From Lepidodermella squamata (taxonomy: Eukaryota > Animalia > Gastrotricha): a stretch of DNA of 64,000 nt. Both the position numbers and the translations under genes were made by a program. Position 1 is the stretch's first letter, and every line of letters starts with the position of its first letter. Under the pieces are notes generated by a model. The model worked only from the letters and a program-made list of their open reading frames with translations. It had not been told where the DNA came from and ran no database searches. Shown here in pieces: positions 35,177 through 47,310 of this stretch. The stretch is taken from positions 496,001-560,000 of the forward strand of contig JBLDXI010000031.1 in assembly GCA_047495785.1 (NCBI GenBank). Direction: 5' to 3'.

Positions 35177-37549
35177 CTAACTCACTCGCCATTTGGTGCT
35201 TAAAACAGGGTAAAAACCAATAGAAAATGTAACTGTTGAGATCAGAAGCTCGCAAGATGCCGCGGCAACTAGCTGATCGGACCAATTAGACATGGTGCCA
35301 GTAATCAAAACTGAGGCCGCTAGCATTGTTGTTGCATTTAAAACACCTAATTTCAGCAGGTTTACGTCAAGCTCATGACCAGGCGGTTTCTGGCAAGCTC
35401 TTGTTTCGTACAGCCTAATCATTGATAATACGAGCAGTAAAACATTAACTCCGAGGAAGCAAGCCGTTCCAATGGTTAGGTATTCGCTATAGCAACGGGT
35501 TGAAACGTGTACTACATACATGTCCGAAACTGGGTCGAAATTAACGGGAGATTTGATAACGATCTGACGCAGTTCATCAACATGGGCCTGCCAAATTGCC
35601 ATAACGATAGCTGAGGAAATTAGGAAACCTATCGGAAACATGAGCCTTTTTCTTAGAGGGATCGTGTTTTCTGACTTAACAACCAGCCCGTTTTTAAGAT
35701 TCTCCTGTGTTTTGCTAGTATTTGAAATCCGAGGCGTCGAAGGAATCGAAGTGCCGCGTATTGACTTGTTCAGTGACAAAACTCGTAGTTCTGAGTTTCT
35801 TTTAGCTCGGCTCTCCAAATCCGCAGCGGTGGCCATGGAACGGCTGAAAAGAGTGCCGATGATCAAACAAAACCCAAAAATCGGCATTACAACAATCCAG
35901 GGACACAAGCTTGTTGAAAGCATTTGGAAAAGGACCGCAAAGTCAAGCAACAGACAACCGAATCCCACTAGAATAGAACTGGTGATGTCAAAATAGCAGC
36001 TGAAGTTTCGGGATTGGTACTGAACTTTTATCCACATCACTTTTCCCATTAAAATGAGTTTCCCCATCGCAAATGATGCCGAAAGTATTGATAGGGCAAG
36101 AATTGCTGAAAATTGGATCCCGCCATCAATTTCGATTACTTCAGATAGGTCTTTTGGTGGTTTTCCAGTCAGCCATGTCGGTTGTTTTGGAGGTTGATAG
36201 AACGGTTCAATACCAACATTCGACAAATTGGAGTTAGCCCCCTTAGGATCAATTACGAACACGTTGTACAAATGCCTAACCTCACCATCAATCCATTGCG
36301 AGATGGACACATTCTCGATTTCAACCTCTAGCCGAGCGGAGAACTTGACGCGGCTGACGCGAATAGTCGGAATGTCCAATTCAAACGTTGATCGATTCAC
36401 TATTTTGCGAACGATTTCCGGCGATGTAGCAAAATCACTTAGTGTCAGATTGTAGGAATTTTTCAAGTAGTACTCAGATCGATTCAGAGCCGCAATTGTT
36501 ACTTCCATAGCGTCATGGCAAAACAGACGAGCGGGGTAGTCGTTGACTAGGTAGGCGGGTTTCCCCAGCACAGCACTTAGACGCGTTTCAAAATCTGACA
36601 CATTATATCCGATACTCCCGACCCCTTTATACAGCCCACCCCCAACGATTTTTGTCAAACCGACCCAAAAGAAGTTTCGAAGTTGCATCGAGACAATATC
36701 GGTTGGGTTGCACTCTTTCGGGTAAGGAAATACCTTAGGATCGGGGTAGAAATAGCAGCCAGTTCCTACGATAAAAATGTAATTCGGCTCGCGTAATCCT
36801 GCTCTATAAGTTTGGCAGAAGAGTCGTAAACAAAGCGTGGTTTGAGAGGTTGCCATTGCAACAAAGAAAATCCTCGTATTTGACGCTTTAATAGAATCTG
36901 TGAATTCAGCCGAAGTGTAATCGAGATCAGCTATATTCGCACTGATTTCAATGCCGTTCTGTTGCGCCAATGACATGAACATTTTTGCGTAGCTGTAGTC
37001 TTCAAATCGTGTTGTTGTTATCAAACCAACTTTCCGCCATTTGCCAATGTCGGTGATAAATTTCAAAATGCTTGCCAACTGATTTTCCGCTGATATTTGG
37101 GGTCGGACTATTGAAATGGACCGTTCTCTTGGTGCTAGCATTTTGATAGTGTCACAAGAGTAAGTCACTTGTATCATTTTGTAGAATTTGACGATTGGTG
37201 CGGAAGTGAGGCAATTCCCCTGCTGCCCGACTATTATTGGAGCCAACGATGCGCTGTTGTTTGGCATCAGCCATTCCTTTTCAGCGATTTGAGCGATCTT
37301 AGAAGGAGCACCGACTGAATTCAGCTGCTCGTCTTCGACCTGAAGTACAATTGTGTAGCCTGGAATGATATCAGGGCGTCGGTTTGCTTCGTTGACTGCG
37401 ACTTGGTACGAGGCTAAGCATGCAGCACCACCTGCTGTATTCTGGCCAGTTCTTGCAACGAAGGCTATCAGTCTTATGGATTTGATCTTGGGGATGTTAT
37501 TAATTTCGGCTGTAGCCAAGCCAAAAATGAAGAATATCGACGTGTACAT
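35177..37549 (-). CDS. Class C GPCR, GABA-B-like, copy B2, intronless
   Basis: 790-aa ORF with the same VFT + 7TM architecture as A1/A2. Confidence 0.92.
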   Translation of the reverse strand: MYTSIFFIFGLATAEINNIPKIKSIRLIAFVARTGQNTAGGAACLASYQVAVNEANRRPDIIPGYTIVLQVEDEQLNSVGAPSKIAQIAEKEWLMPNNSASLAPIIVGQQGNCLTSAPIVKFYKMIQVTYSCDTIKMLAPRERSISIVRPQISAENQLASILKFITDIGKWRKVGLITTTRFEDYSYAKMFMSLAQQNGIEISANIADLDYTSAEFTDSIKASNTRIFFVAMATSQTTLCLRLFCQTYRAGLREPNYIFIVGTGCYFYPDPKVFPYPKECNPTDIVSMQLRNFFWVGLTKIVGGGLYKGVGSIGYNVSDFETRLSAVLGKPAYLVNDYPARLFCHDAMEVTIAALNRSEYYLKNSYNLTLSDFATSPEIVRKIVNRSTFELDIPTIRVSRVKFSARLEVEIENVSISQWIDGEVRHLYNVFVIDPKGANSNLSNVGIEPFYQPPKQPTWLTGKPPKDLSEVIEIDGGIQFSAILALSILSASFAMGKLILMGKVMWIKVQYQSRNFSCYFDITSSILVGFGCLLLDFAVLFQMLSTSLCPWIVVMPIFGFCLIIGTLFSRSMATAADLESRAKRNSELRVLSLNKSIRGTSIPSTPRISNTSKTQENLKNGLVVKSENTIPLRKRLMFPIGFLISSAIVMAIWQAHVDELRQIVIKSPVNFDPVSDMYVVHVSTRCYSEYLTIGTACFLGVNVLLLVLSMIRLYETRACQKPPGHELDVNLLKLGVLNATTMLAASVLITGTMSNWSDQLVAAASCELLISTVTFSIGFYPVLSTKWRVS

Positions 37550-37755
37550 CTGTGATCTTCTGTGAGGCTGCTTGAAGCAAGTTGATCTATTAAATCTGAT
37601 AAAATTTTGCTTTTGAATATGCTTTCGTATTGCCTTAAATCACAAACAACAGACATTTTCTTGTATTTTTCGTTTTGAATTTCACGCTAAACTTTATTTA
37701 GCACCATGAAATTGTGATATTTGGCTTGCTTATATACTGAAATTTGAAATAATCC

Positions 37756-37772
37756 CTAAGTGTATCCTTCCG
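37756..37772 (-). promoter_or_regulatory. Conserved upstream motif of GPCR B2
   Basis: CTAAGTGTATCCTTCCG is identical to the A1 copy although the surrounding upstream DNA has diverged. Confidence 0.55.
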
Positions 37773-37950
37773 AATGAGAGTTTGCATGTTCCCTCCAGGT
37801 TGACATGGCTATAAACATCGCGACACTTTTATTAAGTCCTACGACTTTCGAAAGGCCATATTATTAGTAAAGACTTTGACGAATAAAAGGCTATTAATAT
37901 TGTCAAGAGTTGCGAGGTAGAACTCGATCGAAAAAGTCAAATTTCAAGAT

Positions 37951-38852
37951 TTAACGCAGTTGGGAACAGCCGAAATGTGTGATTGCTACGACCCGAGCTT
38001 TATTGCACTTCATTGCCACGCTGGGCAGCAGCAACCGGAATCTCAGCTCCGATACGTCTCGGCTGGTCGAAAGACCGATGAATCGCATTAAAGGGGAATA
38101 CATTCCGAGAACAACCATTTCTTGGTCCTAAAATAAATTCATGCATTTCAAACAGAATCATCTAATAATTTGGGTTTACTACCTTTTGATAGGCCTTTTC
38201 GCCAATGATGAATAAATCCTCGTCGAAAGTCGCAAGACCGTTGATGTTATCGAAAGACATTGGCATTTTCAGCTTCTCGATGTAATCTGGGTTTTTGAGA
38301 ATTTTCCGCAAATTGAGTATCCAAACCCGCCGATTGCCACATTCGGCGTAAGAAATAGGATTCTCCCTACAGATCGATGTCGCACAGCTATCACGAAGTA
38401 AAGCGACTTGCATTGCCGGTAGATGGCCCTCTAACTCGTCTGGAATTGGCAAGGCTGGAGTTAGGCCGTCAGAGATTTTCACAGCGTCTTTGATGCGTAA
38501 AGCAGTCCCATGCTTTGAGAATAATTCTTCGGTTGAAAATGAAGCCCGAATGTGTTTTATAGCATTTTTCGGGCTAGCAGTAAGGTATTGGTTGAGAGCC
38601 TCATTTGTTAGCTCGTATCGTAAAATTCGATCGAAAAGACCGGGCGACTGCTCAATGAGGCTTCTCCACCTAAAAGTAAAAGTATTACTGGATATAATTT
38701 TATTTTATATTGCATGCCCACCTCTTGCAAACCAAAATGCAAGTTTTGTAAATTTGCCGGGCGTTTCGAAGATAAGAATTGAATAAAAGTAGCAAAATCT
38801 CATCGGGCAGTTGATCCAAAGTTGCTCCTTGCTCAACGTCACCTTGCGTCAT
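37951..38852 (-). CDS. F-box protein (exons 38852-38722, 38669-38183, 38127-37951)
   Basis: Spliced N-terminus LDQLPDEILLLLFNSYL...CILVCKRWRSLI matches the F-box consensus. Two short in-frame GT-AG introns. C-terminal domain not recognised; last exon is less certain. Confidence 0.75.
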
Positions 38853-39888
38853 TTCAAAATAATTCTAGCTCTAAAAAAAAATTGCGAATAGCTCACATTA
38901 TATATAGGCGCACACAGGCAAGGTGTAAACGTGCTTGTTAGTCGAATCTATTATATGGTGACGGCATAGAAAGCATGTGTTTTTGTTCGTATAGTGAGGT
39001 GCATAGTTATTGGCGCGCGTCGCGTGCCTCAGCATCAAGCAGGTAAATAAAAGGAAATGCGAGGGCGAAAACCGCGCGCTCTCGGTTGGTACAAGTAAAA
39101 TAAGGCAAACCTTTTGCGCACAGTCACAAAAGAAATAACATTATACATCTTCGCCACAAGAAGCCTTCATGGGAAAGTTTTCTAGGGAATGCGTGTAATA
39201 AATAAAGAGAGTATCATCCAAAAACTGGGCCTGGGAAATTAGGATAAAAGGAAAATGGGGGACTCAATTAGCATGCGATAAGCTAATCGCTTTACAATTT
39301 ACACGAGCTTTTGTGGTAAAACAGAGAAGTCAATCTCAAACCTAGGAATTGTTATCAGCAGTTTCTTTCTTATGTAGTGGTTTGTAGTCAATATTGAGTT
39401 TACGCCTGCTTTTATGCGCATATATTTTTACTATGCGCTCTCTGCGAAAATGCAGTAAACAATTGTGCGCAGCCGCAAATACAGCGATGGGGAATTGGAA
39501 ATCAATAAGTTTTGTTTGTTGATGCGGCTTAGCGGATATTTTTGTATGTGTACAGCTGCTGGCGGGTATAGCTTCTAAAATTGAGAGCTGTCTCGTAACT
39601 CGTAACTACATAATCACTTCAAATTTACGGCTCAAAGTGAAGCATTTTCCAAAATCGAGGCAAACGCACTTTTTTCGAAAGACTATTGATTATTCTTCCA
39701 ACATAAAATGTTGAAGGGATTTTGTTATCAAATCGGCATGGAAAAACCTATAAAGATAATGAAAGAGATTGTTGCCACTGGACCGTAACCGAAAAATATT
39801 AACAAGCATACCTTTTATATCAGCATACTTGATTCAATGAGGTATTGCTATATCGAGAATAAAGTCGGATGTGGTTGCAGTTTATTCA

Positions 39889-40870
39889 TTAGCCGAGATT
39901 AAACCTTGCGTTCAGAAGATATTTCGAAAGTAAAATGTCCTCAATATGGTTGAATTTTTCTGTTAAGAGCTGAGCAACAGAGCTCTGGTTATCATTAGTC
40001 GCTGGTACAAGCGGGTTCTTTCCGCTATAATCCTTAGCCTCACCATAAGCACCAAACATTACTGCAAGCTGTTCGATAACACGGAGATGACGATTGGTCG
40101 CTGCTATATGTAGAGGAGTTCGGCCAAGGTTATTTCTCGAATTAGCATCTAAAGAGAATCGTTTAAGAATCTAAGAATCTTAAGAATCTAAAGAGCTCCG
40201 CCAGCTCGATATGGCCGAATCAAACTGCGACGTGTAGCGAAGTTCATCCATCGTTGTCTGAGGTTTTAATATCAGCACCATGTGTCTAAGCCAGAAATGA
40301 CACTATATCTGTATAATGTATAACCACTCATTGCGTTAGAGAAGCAGCGGGGTTTTGCCGTCTTTCTCCTTTAAATCGATTTATAGTCTTTCAAGATGTA
40401 TAGGCGCCATTCCATTATTATCCGTGGAGTTCACAACCATATCGAACCGATCTATCAATAACTTCACCAGGTCTTTTTAATTCGAAATAGCAGCAGAGAG
40501 CAGGACACGCCATCCTTCGCCTTCTCTCAACCACATAGGCATGGCCTCCGTTTGCAGCTAAATGCAGCGCCGCGAACCCTTCGGCATCTCACGCGTTGAC
40601 ATCGGCCTGAAATCGACCAGCTAGAAGCTCAATGACTTCGGAATAGCCGAACAAGGCAGCGTAATGGAGAGGGGTTTGCCCTCTCGCGGCGTAATGCCGA
40701 TGGGCCTTTCCATGAAAATCTCTCGAAGTTTCCTTGCTCGAAATTTAAGGATGCCGGTTGATAACAGTGTAATGCAGAGGTATATAGCCGACAGAGTTTA
40801 TGCAGCTCAACACTTCACACGTAATTTTACCTCATCTAATTGGCCATGAATCGGGGTCAAGATTGTAAAA
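39889..40870 (-). pseudogene. Decayed ankyrin-repeat gene
   Basis: GQTPLHYAALFGYSEVIELLAGRFQADVNA*, G*TSLHVAV*FGHIELAEL and GRTPLHIAATNRHLRVIEQL are broken by stops and frameshifts. Confidence 0.8.
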
Positions 40871-41681
40871 TAGCTGCGATCAGCTGACGGATACAGACAG
40901 GGCAGCATACGACGGAGGTTCAAATCGCACGTTATCAACTATGAATCAATAAAGTGCGATAAATTATTTATAATTTCGAGCTTCAATGCAAAGCAAAATC
41001 GATCCAAGATACATGGTGAAAGCTGGATATATTGATTTATTTGAAGATATTTTAAAGGCGATTACTATATTCAATGCAAGTGAATGGTGAAAGCAGGGTA
41101 TAGGAGTTCAAAACCCGGCCATATACCAAAGAAAGGCATGGAAATAGTGATCTTGCTCGATACAAGTGGGCGAAAATCGAAGATGAACGGGGCCTTGAAG
41201 TTCCCTTTCCATATTGCGCTTGCGTGGTTGGATAAACATTACTTATGCATCGTATGCTTAACTTTCGTGCGTCACTTTCTTCGAAAGTAAGACACGGTTA
41301 TTACATTTCGGATCGATGGTCCACATAACATCAATGGAAGAGAATCATACAATACCAAGAGTTGTTAAACTAGACATGTATTTCCGGTTTCCGAAAATTG
41401 AACACGAACCTCTTTGTTAACTCGTGCATTGATTTATTACCGAAAAACTCATAGCATAGGATAATGCATTCCTAAAAGCACGATATTCCGAGTCAAACCT
41501 TGCACAAAACTGTTTTGAATTCATTCAAAATCAAGTCATCTTGCCAGGTTGATCAAACTAAAACAAATCCACCGCACTTAATCTGTGATAGTAACACGCT
41601 ACAATTATTCATAACAAGCTACTTTGTTTGAGAATAAGTTCATTGCTATTGCTTATTTTTTTATGCGGTTTGCTACACCTT

Positions 41682-42093
41682 TTAGTAGTTAGCAGCAATG
41701 ACCGCAATAACAGCTGCGATCAAGAAGTGGCCAGCTGAGAATTTAGCGGCCGCATTGCAAAGATCGCCGCTGTTGCAATAGCATGTAGACGTATCGACGC
41801 CCAAAACAGTGGCGGAGGTGCATCCGGCAGTATAACCATCGGTAAGAAGGCATGTCTTGGAGACCGATGTTACGCCAGAGGTGGTTGATTTGGTCGTAAC
41901 GCACCATTTGCAGCTGCTGTCAGCCCACTGTGAGTAGGTTGTCGTGCCTCCGACTGACCCGCCATACCAGCATTTGATACCAGCTGATAAGAGGATCAAT
42001 TACGTTTATCTTCGATGTTAAATCTGGGCGAAACTTACCGACAGTGGCGAAGCAGGCGACGAAAACAACAGAGTATGCGATGAAGCGAGACAT
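41682..42093 (-). CDS. GPI-anchored Ly6/three-finger (quiver/sleepless-like) protein 1 (exons 42093-42039, 41983-41682)
   Basis: Signal exon MSRFIAYSVVFVACFATV, then IKCW...CKWC...KTC...GC...CYCNSGDLCN and a GPI-type hydrophobic tail. Confidence 0.9.
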
Positions 42094-43853
42094 GATTCTA
42101 CTTATTGCTTAAAGTTAAAGAATGCACTGTATCGTATTGATGCGAAAAATTATGCACTGCCCGAATTGTTCGGTTGTCAAGCGAGGTGTGACCGACTGCG
42201 AATAGATGACACCCAAAGCCTTCTTTCTTCGCAACGCTGCGTTGGCGGGCGAATGCTTAATGAGCATCTCTCGCATAGAATACCAGTTCCATCACCAGAA
42301 GCAACATCGATTGAGCTAGTGTTGTGGCAAAGTTGCTATAGGCGAGCAATGACATTATTTATAAGATTTCGAACGCTACTTCGCCTTATCGACCTAATCA
42401 TTCGACCTTAACATATGCATCATTTCAACTAAAACAGCTTGTTAGAACTCTAAAAGCGGCCTCTTTGGAGAAAATTGCCAGTGCCCCAATAGTGAAGCAA
42501 TAAAGGTCCAGTTAGGAAACTACATTCAAGCGCTTAACCTTTAACTATGAGTATGTGTAACGAGAAACATCTGAATCACCGAAATACAAATATTTATAAG
42601 AGACTATAAGACTGTCAGGCTATAATCTGTTTAGAAAAATTGAATCCTTGCCACTTGGGTATTCTTTTCCATTATTTTACGGCTTTTTTGATAACATGGC
42701 AATGTACCAAGTCATCCACACTGACTAATACTGAAGCATCGAAAGTGCGTGATACGTATGCTTCAAAACTGTCGTGCGGGAAAGCTGAATCTGAAGCTTT
42801 TTAAACTTAATGTTTTCGGTGATAGAAGTAAGGGGAATGTTAGGGACCTTCATCTTTAGTTTCAACTTTCAATGAATTTAATTTAGTTCAATTTATTTTC
42901 CGAAGTTTCAATGTTGAATCTGATGATGAAATTGGGATGCTCGAAAATCGCCAGGAATAAGCTGGGCCGTTAGGGCGATTTCGACCAATAATCGCGAAGT
43001 CTTAACAGTGATAGATAGTGATAGACAAGCAGATTTCAAAATCGGGACCAAAACCATAGAAAACCTCTAGAAATACCTATTGTCAAATATTTCTTTCCAC
43101 TGGTAAAGAAATTCGGCCGTGAAAGGATTGAGGCACATGAGCATTTGTGAAAATGGGAGAACTCATTTTCTTGAGGGCATTTTGATATTTTTAAACTATT
43201 AAACTAGTTGGATTCCCAAAATTATTGGTTCAGGCAACTCGAAGCCTTTAAGCCTCAGAAATCATGTTACAGAATTAATCGCTTCGATGAGTGACTTAAC
43301 TCGTGTTCCATCCTAGAGTCTCTAACTATTAGACTATTACCCTTTTAACAATCTGCGTAGTTACGACCGATTTTCTGGCTATTTGAAGTATCTGCAACAA
43401 TAAATCCTGGCAGTTTTCCGTTTTTTATCAGTGCTCAGCATTCAGATACTTCCAGATCGATTAAGCAGATTATATAAACCAATAATGTCCCAACGTACGG
43501 GCAAGGTCTGGCAAGTTTGGTCGTCAAAACAATACTTTTACGCTATAACGGCAGAATAACCTTCCACCGAGAATGACTCACGTCTTCGCGTCAATATACA
43601 TTAATTTATTGATGCAACAGCTGCGTCGATCGATGATTCTATATAACGGACTTCCCTTTGAACTGGAAAGACAAAATTTTCGGTTGATTCACCAGAAGTT
43701 AGCTTTACTAATTCAGATCTATAATCTTACACATGTAGTTCACAGAGTTCATAGCTATGGAAAGATTTGAGAATTAAGGTACCATATTTCATCACTAACT
43801 TAGCAATGTTAATGCACATGAAAATTAGTTATTCGCGAGATAATGACGGTTGT

Positions 43854-44263
43854 TTAGAAAGCAGCTAGCATGGCCAATACAGCTGCGATCAGGAGATGGC
43901 CCGCCGAAAATTTCACTGCAGCGTTGCACAGATCGGCGTTGTTGCATGAGCAAACGTTTGCCTCCATGCCAGCAAGATTAACATTGCTGCAAGAATTCGG
44001 CGTCAGGTCGACCACATCGCACGTTTTCGTGATGGAGGTTACGCCGAGGGCACTGCCTTTCGACTTGCCGCAAGCCTTGCAGTCGCTTGTCGATGATTGC
44101 GAGAAGCTTCCAGGCTCGCTGGTTGAAGTTCCGACCCAACACTTGATACCAGCTGGATAATTTGGAAAATTAAAACACAGGAAATCAAAAATGATTTGAG
44201 AAAATTACCGACGCAAGCAAACGTTGCAACGAAGACGAAAGAGTAAAGGATAACACGAGCCAT
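43854..44263 (-). CDS. GPI-anchored Ly6/three-finger protein 2 (exons 44263-44209, 44152-43854)
   Basis: Paralog with the same intron position: IKCW...CKAC...KTC...SC...CSCNNADLCNAAVKFSAGHLLIAAVLAMLAAF. Confidence 0.9.
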
Positions 44264-44816
44264 GGCTGCTACGGGGAATTTGAGCTATGCGAAAAATATA
44301 CTTTGAAATAGCGGTAAAAATTGTGCACTGAACGCACGTTGTTTTTCGGGTTGCCATGCTGCGCCATCGCCGCATAACTTAACACCCGTTTTGCGAAATC
44401 ATGTGATGCTGTAAATCGATGATGGCATTTTTTTTTATCAATTAACCTTCTACCACAGAATGAATCGATTGTTGCCTAGTTCAACAGGCAAAGCCGACAC
44501 ATTCTGTACAGCATTAACGAACTGTAAAATTGATCCGAGCAGAAGCTAACAAAAGGGAATTGGGCACTTTACGTCCGCCAAGGTCCGTTCGATTTTTTTC
44601 GCTCATTTTTCATTCATTTATTTAAAAGCTTCGATGCCCAAGAGAGGCCAAAACTGGACAATTTAATTGTTGTTGATAGTTTAGAGCGAAATCAGGGTTA
44701 AGATCAACTAATGACTAGCAGTAGCCACACTATCGGTTTATCTTTGCTTCATAACTATAGGATTACATTGAAACCGAAAAAGGAAATAAAATGTCTTAGG
44801 TACAGAAGAAGTCGGT

Positions 44817-46571
44817 TTATGATCTAAGGGTAACCCCGTGATCCATCAGGAAAGCAGCTTTATCAAGATCTTGCTGAAGCGCCTTCAGCAGCGTGAAACC
44901 ATTGCGTTGATTAGCCGGGGTCCCGCGTTCGACCAACAGCTTCACCATTTCAAAATCTAAATCTCGAATCAAAGTCGCATTCTTAGCCAAGGCTCCGTGG
45001 TCAAGCAAAAACGTGGCGATTTCAACATTCTGCGTCACATCAAGAGCTGCGTTGAGATCTAACGGGATATTAGGGCTAAGCTCGACTAGATATTTGACTG
45101 TTTCAAAAACCCCATTTCCCATAGCAGCATATTTTAAAATGTCGCTACTTGGCATCACTCCGACGGAAACTAATGACTTGATCAATTCGAGACCATGCGG
45201 CATACCAGCGACTGTTCCCATAGCTTTCGTCTTCAAATAAACACGATGACGCGATGCAAATTCTTCCGAGCCGTTTGCGAGGCCTAAAAGTAGAAGATCA
45301 TAGCCGCCGTCTCTATAGCAAATTTCGAAAAATCGTTCGCTGAATCCCTCAAACTTCAAGCCTTTCTTCATAAGAAATCGAACAAGTTCCAATCTCTGTT
45401 TCGATCGGTAGTTTTCGAGAACTGGCAATATTTCACCGCCATCGTCGCTGAATTTCACGCCTCTTTCAAGCAAAAGCTCCGTCATTTCCACCGGAATGTA
45501 AGGGTTGTTTATGCTGAACATTGCTAATGTGAAATTGCCTTCGAAAACGTTGCTGAAATCGTAACCAGGTTCATTGTCAAACAACGCTTCGACCATAGTG
45601 ATATTCGGGTTCCATCGAACTGCCCATTGCATTAGGTTTGAAATATTTACCGATTTCGGGTAGAATTTCTCCAGAAAAATCAAACCATTCTCGTTACTGA
45701 CCACGTAGTACAGCATTTCTTCTCTGATAGTGTCGTTCGCCTTTTCTAAAGCTAGCTCAATCGATTTCGTATTCGGCAATCGTACAGAAAGTCCCGTTAA
45801 ACCGATTTATCATTTTCATGAAATAAGGATCCGCTAATTCAGCCACATCTGCGCCATTCTCGAGGAGAAATTTAACGATTTCTGTGCCATTATCGTTGTG
45901 AAATGCAGCTTTCAAGGCGGTGAGTTGTTGGTTGTTGAGGTTGAAAACTGAAGCTCCCTTTGAGACAAGTAACTTCACCATCTCAAGGCCGTAAGGTTTT
46001 CTTGAAGCCAGAAGCCAGGGTAACAAGCGTTTCTCTCATAGGCCCTGTTGTAGCGATTGAAGCGTTGTTTTCGATCAGAAATCGAGCGACTTCAACACAA
46101 TTGCTGTTGTTGGCAGCGAATACTAGCGGTGTGATCCCTGGATATATTTTCTGGTCTATTCTGGCGCCTTTCGAGATGAGGTATTCCAGTAATTCAACTC
46201 GGTTGATTGTTTCATTTGGCTGGCACCAAGCAGCTCAATGCATGAAAGTGGCATTCGTGGAAATGATTAGGATGGGAAGTTGTTTCGACTGGTCATAGGT
46301 TGGGTCAGCCCAGTTGACGTCAAACTGTTGCTTCGATTCCAAAAGACTGACTAGCGATTTTACTTGCTCGAGATCGCCGAGCTTGCAGGCTTTCATCAAT
46401 TTGGCGTTCGTACGCAGAAGCTCACTTGCATTCAACTAGAAAGAATTTGGTATAATCAACATTCACGGATTCAAAAACCGCTACCTTTCTGTCACTCGGT
46501 ACAACGCGCGGTGGAAAGCATTCCGTTGCTTGGATGATACATGACAGCAAGATTATGTAATAAGAGAACAT
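44817..46571 (-). pseudogene. Signal-peptide-bearing ankyrin-repeat gene, disrupted (exon 1 46571-46485, exon 2 46435-44817)
   Basis: MFSYYIILLSCIIQATEC leader, 49-nt intron and many ankyrin-like repeats. Lesions: in-frame TGA at 46237-46235, a 7-nt duplication (CTGGCTT x2) near 46010, and a second frameshift near 45780. Confidence 0.75.
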
Positions 46572-47310
46572 TTCCAGATTTTCTGAATTCGGAGGATGCA
46601 TTGGTCCATGTTTTAAAAGGGTTTTTACTGATTACAGATCAGTTATATCCATCAGATAAGAATAATTAGGCAATCGAGGCATAGTGAGCATGCGTTTGGC
46701 AGCTGCCTGCCGATCTGATTTTCAGTTATGCCTAATTGGTTTTCGGAATGCCAATTCCTTCATTCTGATGACGCACATTTCGAGGAATATGGTACATGAT
46801 AATTTGCCTAATTAGCAGGCGGCTATTATCGTGGGTGTACAATCTGCACTAAGTGCGACATCTTCAGCGTGTCCCAGAAGATATTACACGAGTTCAATTA
46901 TTCTTTCAGTTCTCCTATACAGTAATTATTTGAAAATGCTGTTTGGCTTCACTTATACTTTCAACCTCTACTATCCTGACGCAGCTGAGCATTTATGTCA
47001 GCTTACTGTAATATGCGACCTAGGACCTTCAAGCGGAAAGGGTAGAATTTGTGAAATTGGATATACATGAACAATGAAAAGGGCGTTGAATCTGTTATAG
47101 GCGTTGCGAGGGATTTCCACACGTTCATGAGCTCTCGTTTTACAGGAATCAAGGTAGCGTGACTTGTCAAAGGATTTCCGAACATCAACCCTCGTAAAAC
47201 ACGGGTCGTTAGGTGCAAGACAGAAATTTTATTCTCAAAAGCTGAAAACAGAGCAGACTGGTCAGAATTTCATCATCGAATTGCGAGGTGAAGCCAAAGC
47301 GCAAATTAAA

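Noticed and set aside
46235-46237. Selenocysteine or readthrough at the in-frame TGA
   Set aside because: Context MH*AA fits a TGG-to-TGA nonsense change, and two further frameshifts show general decay.
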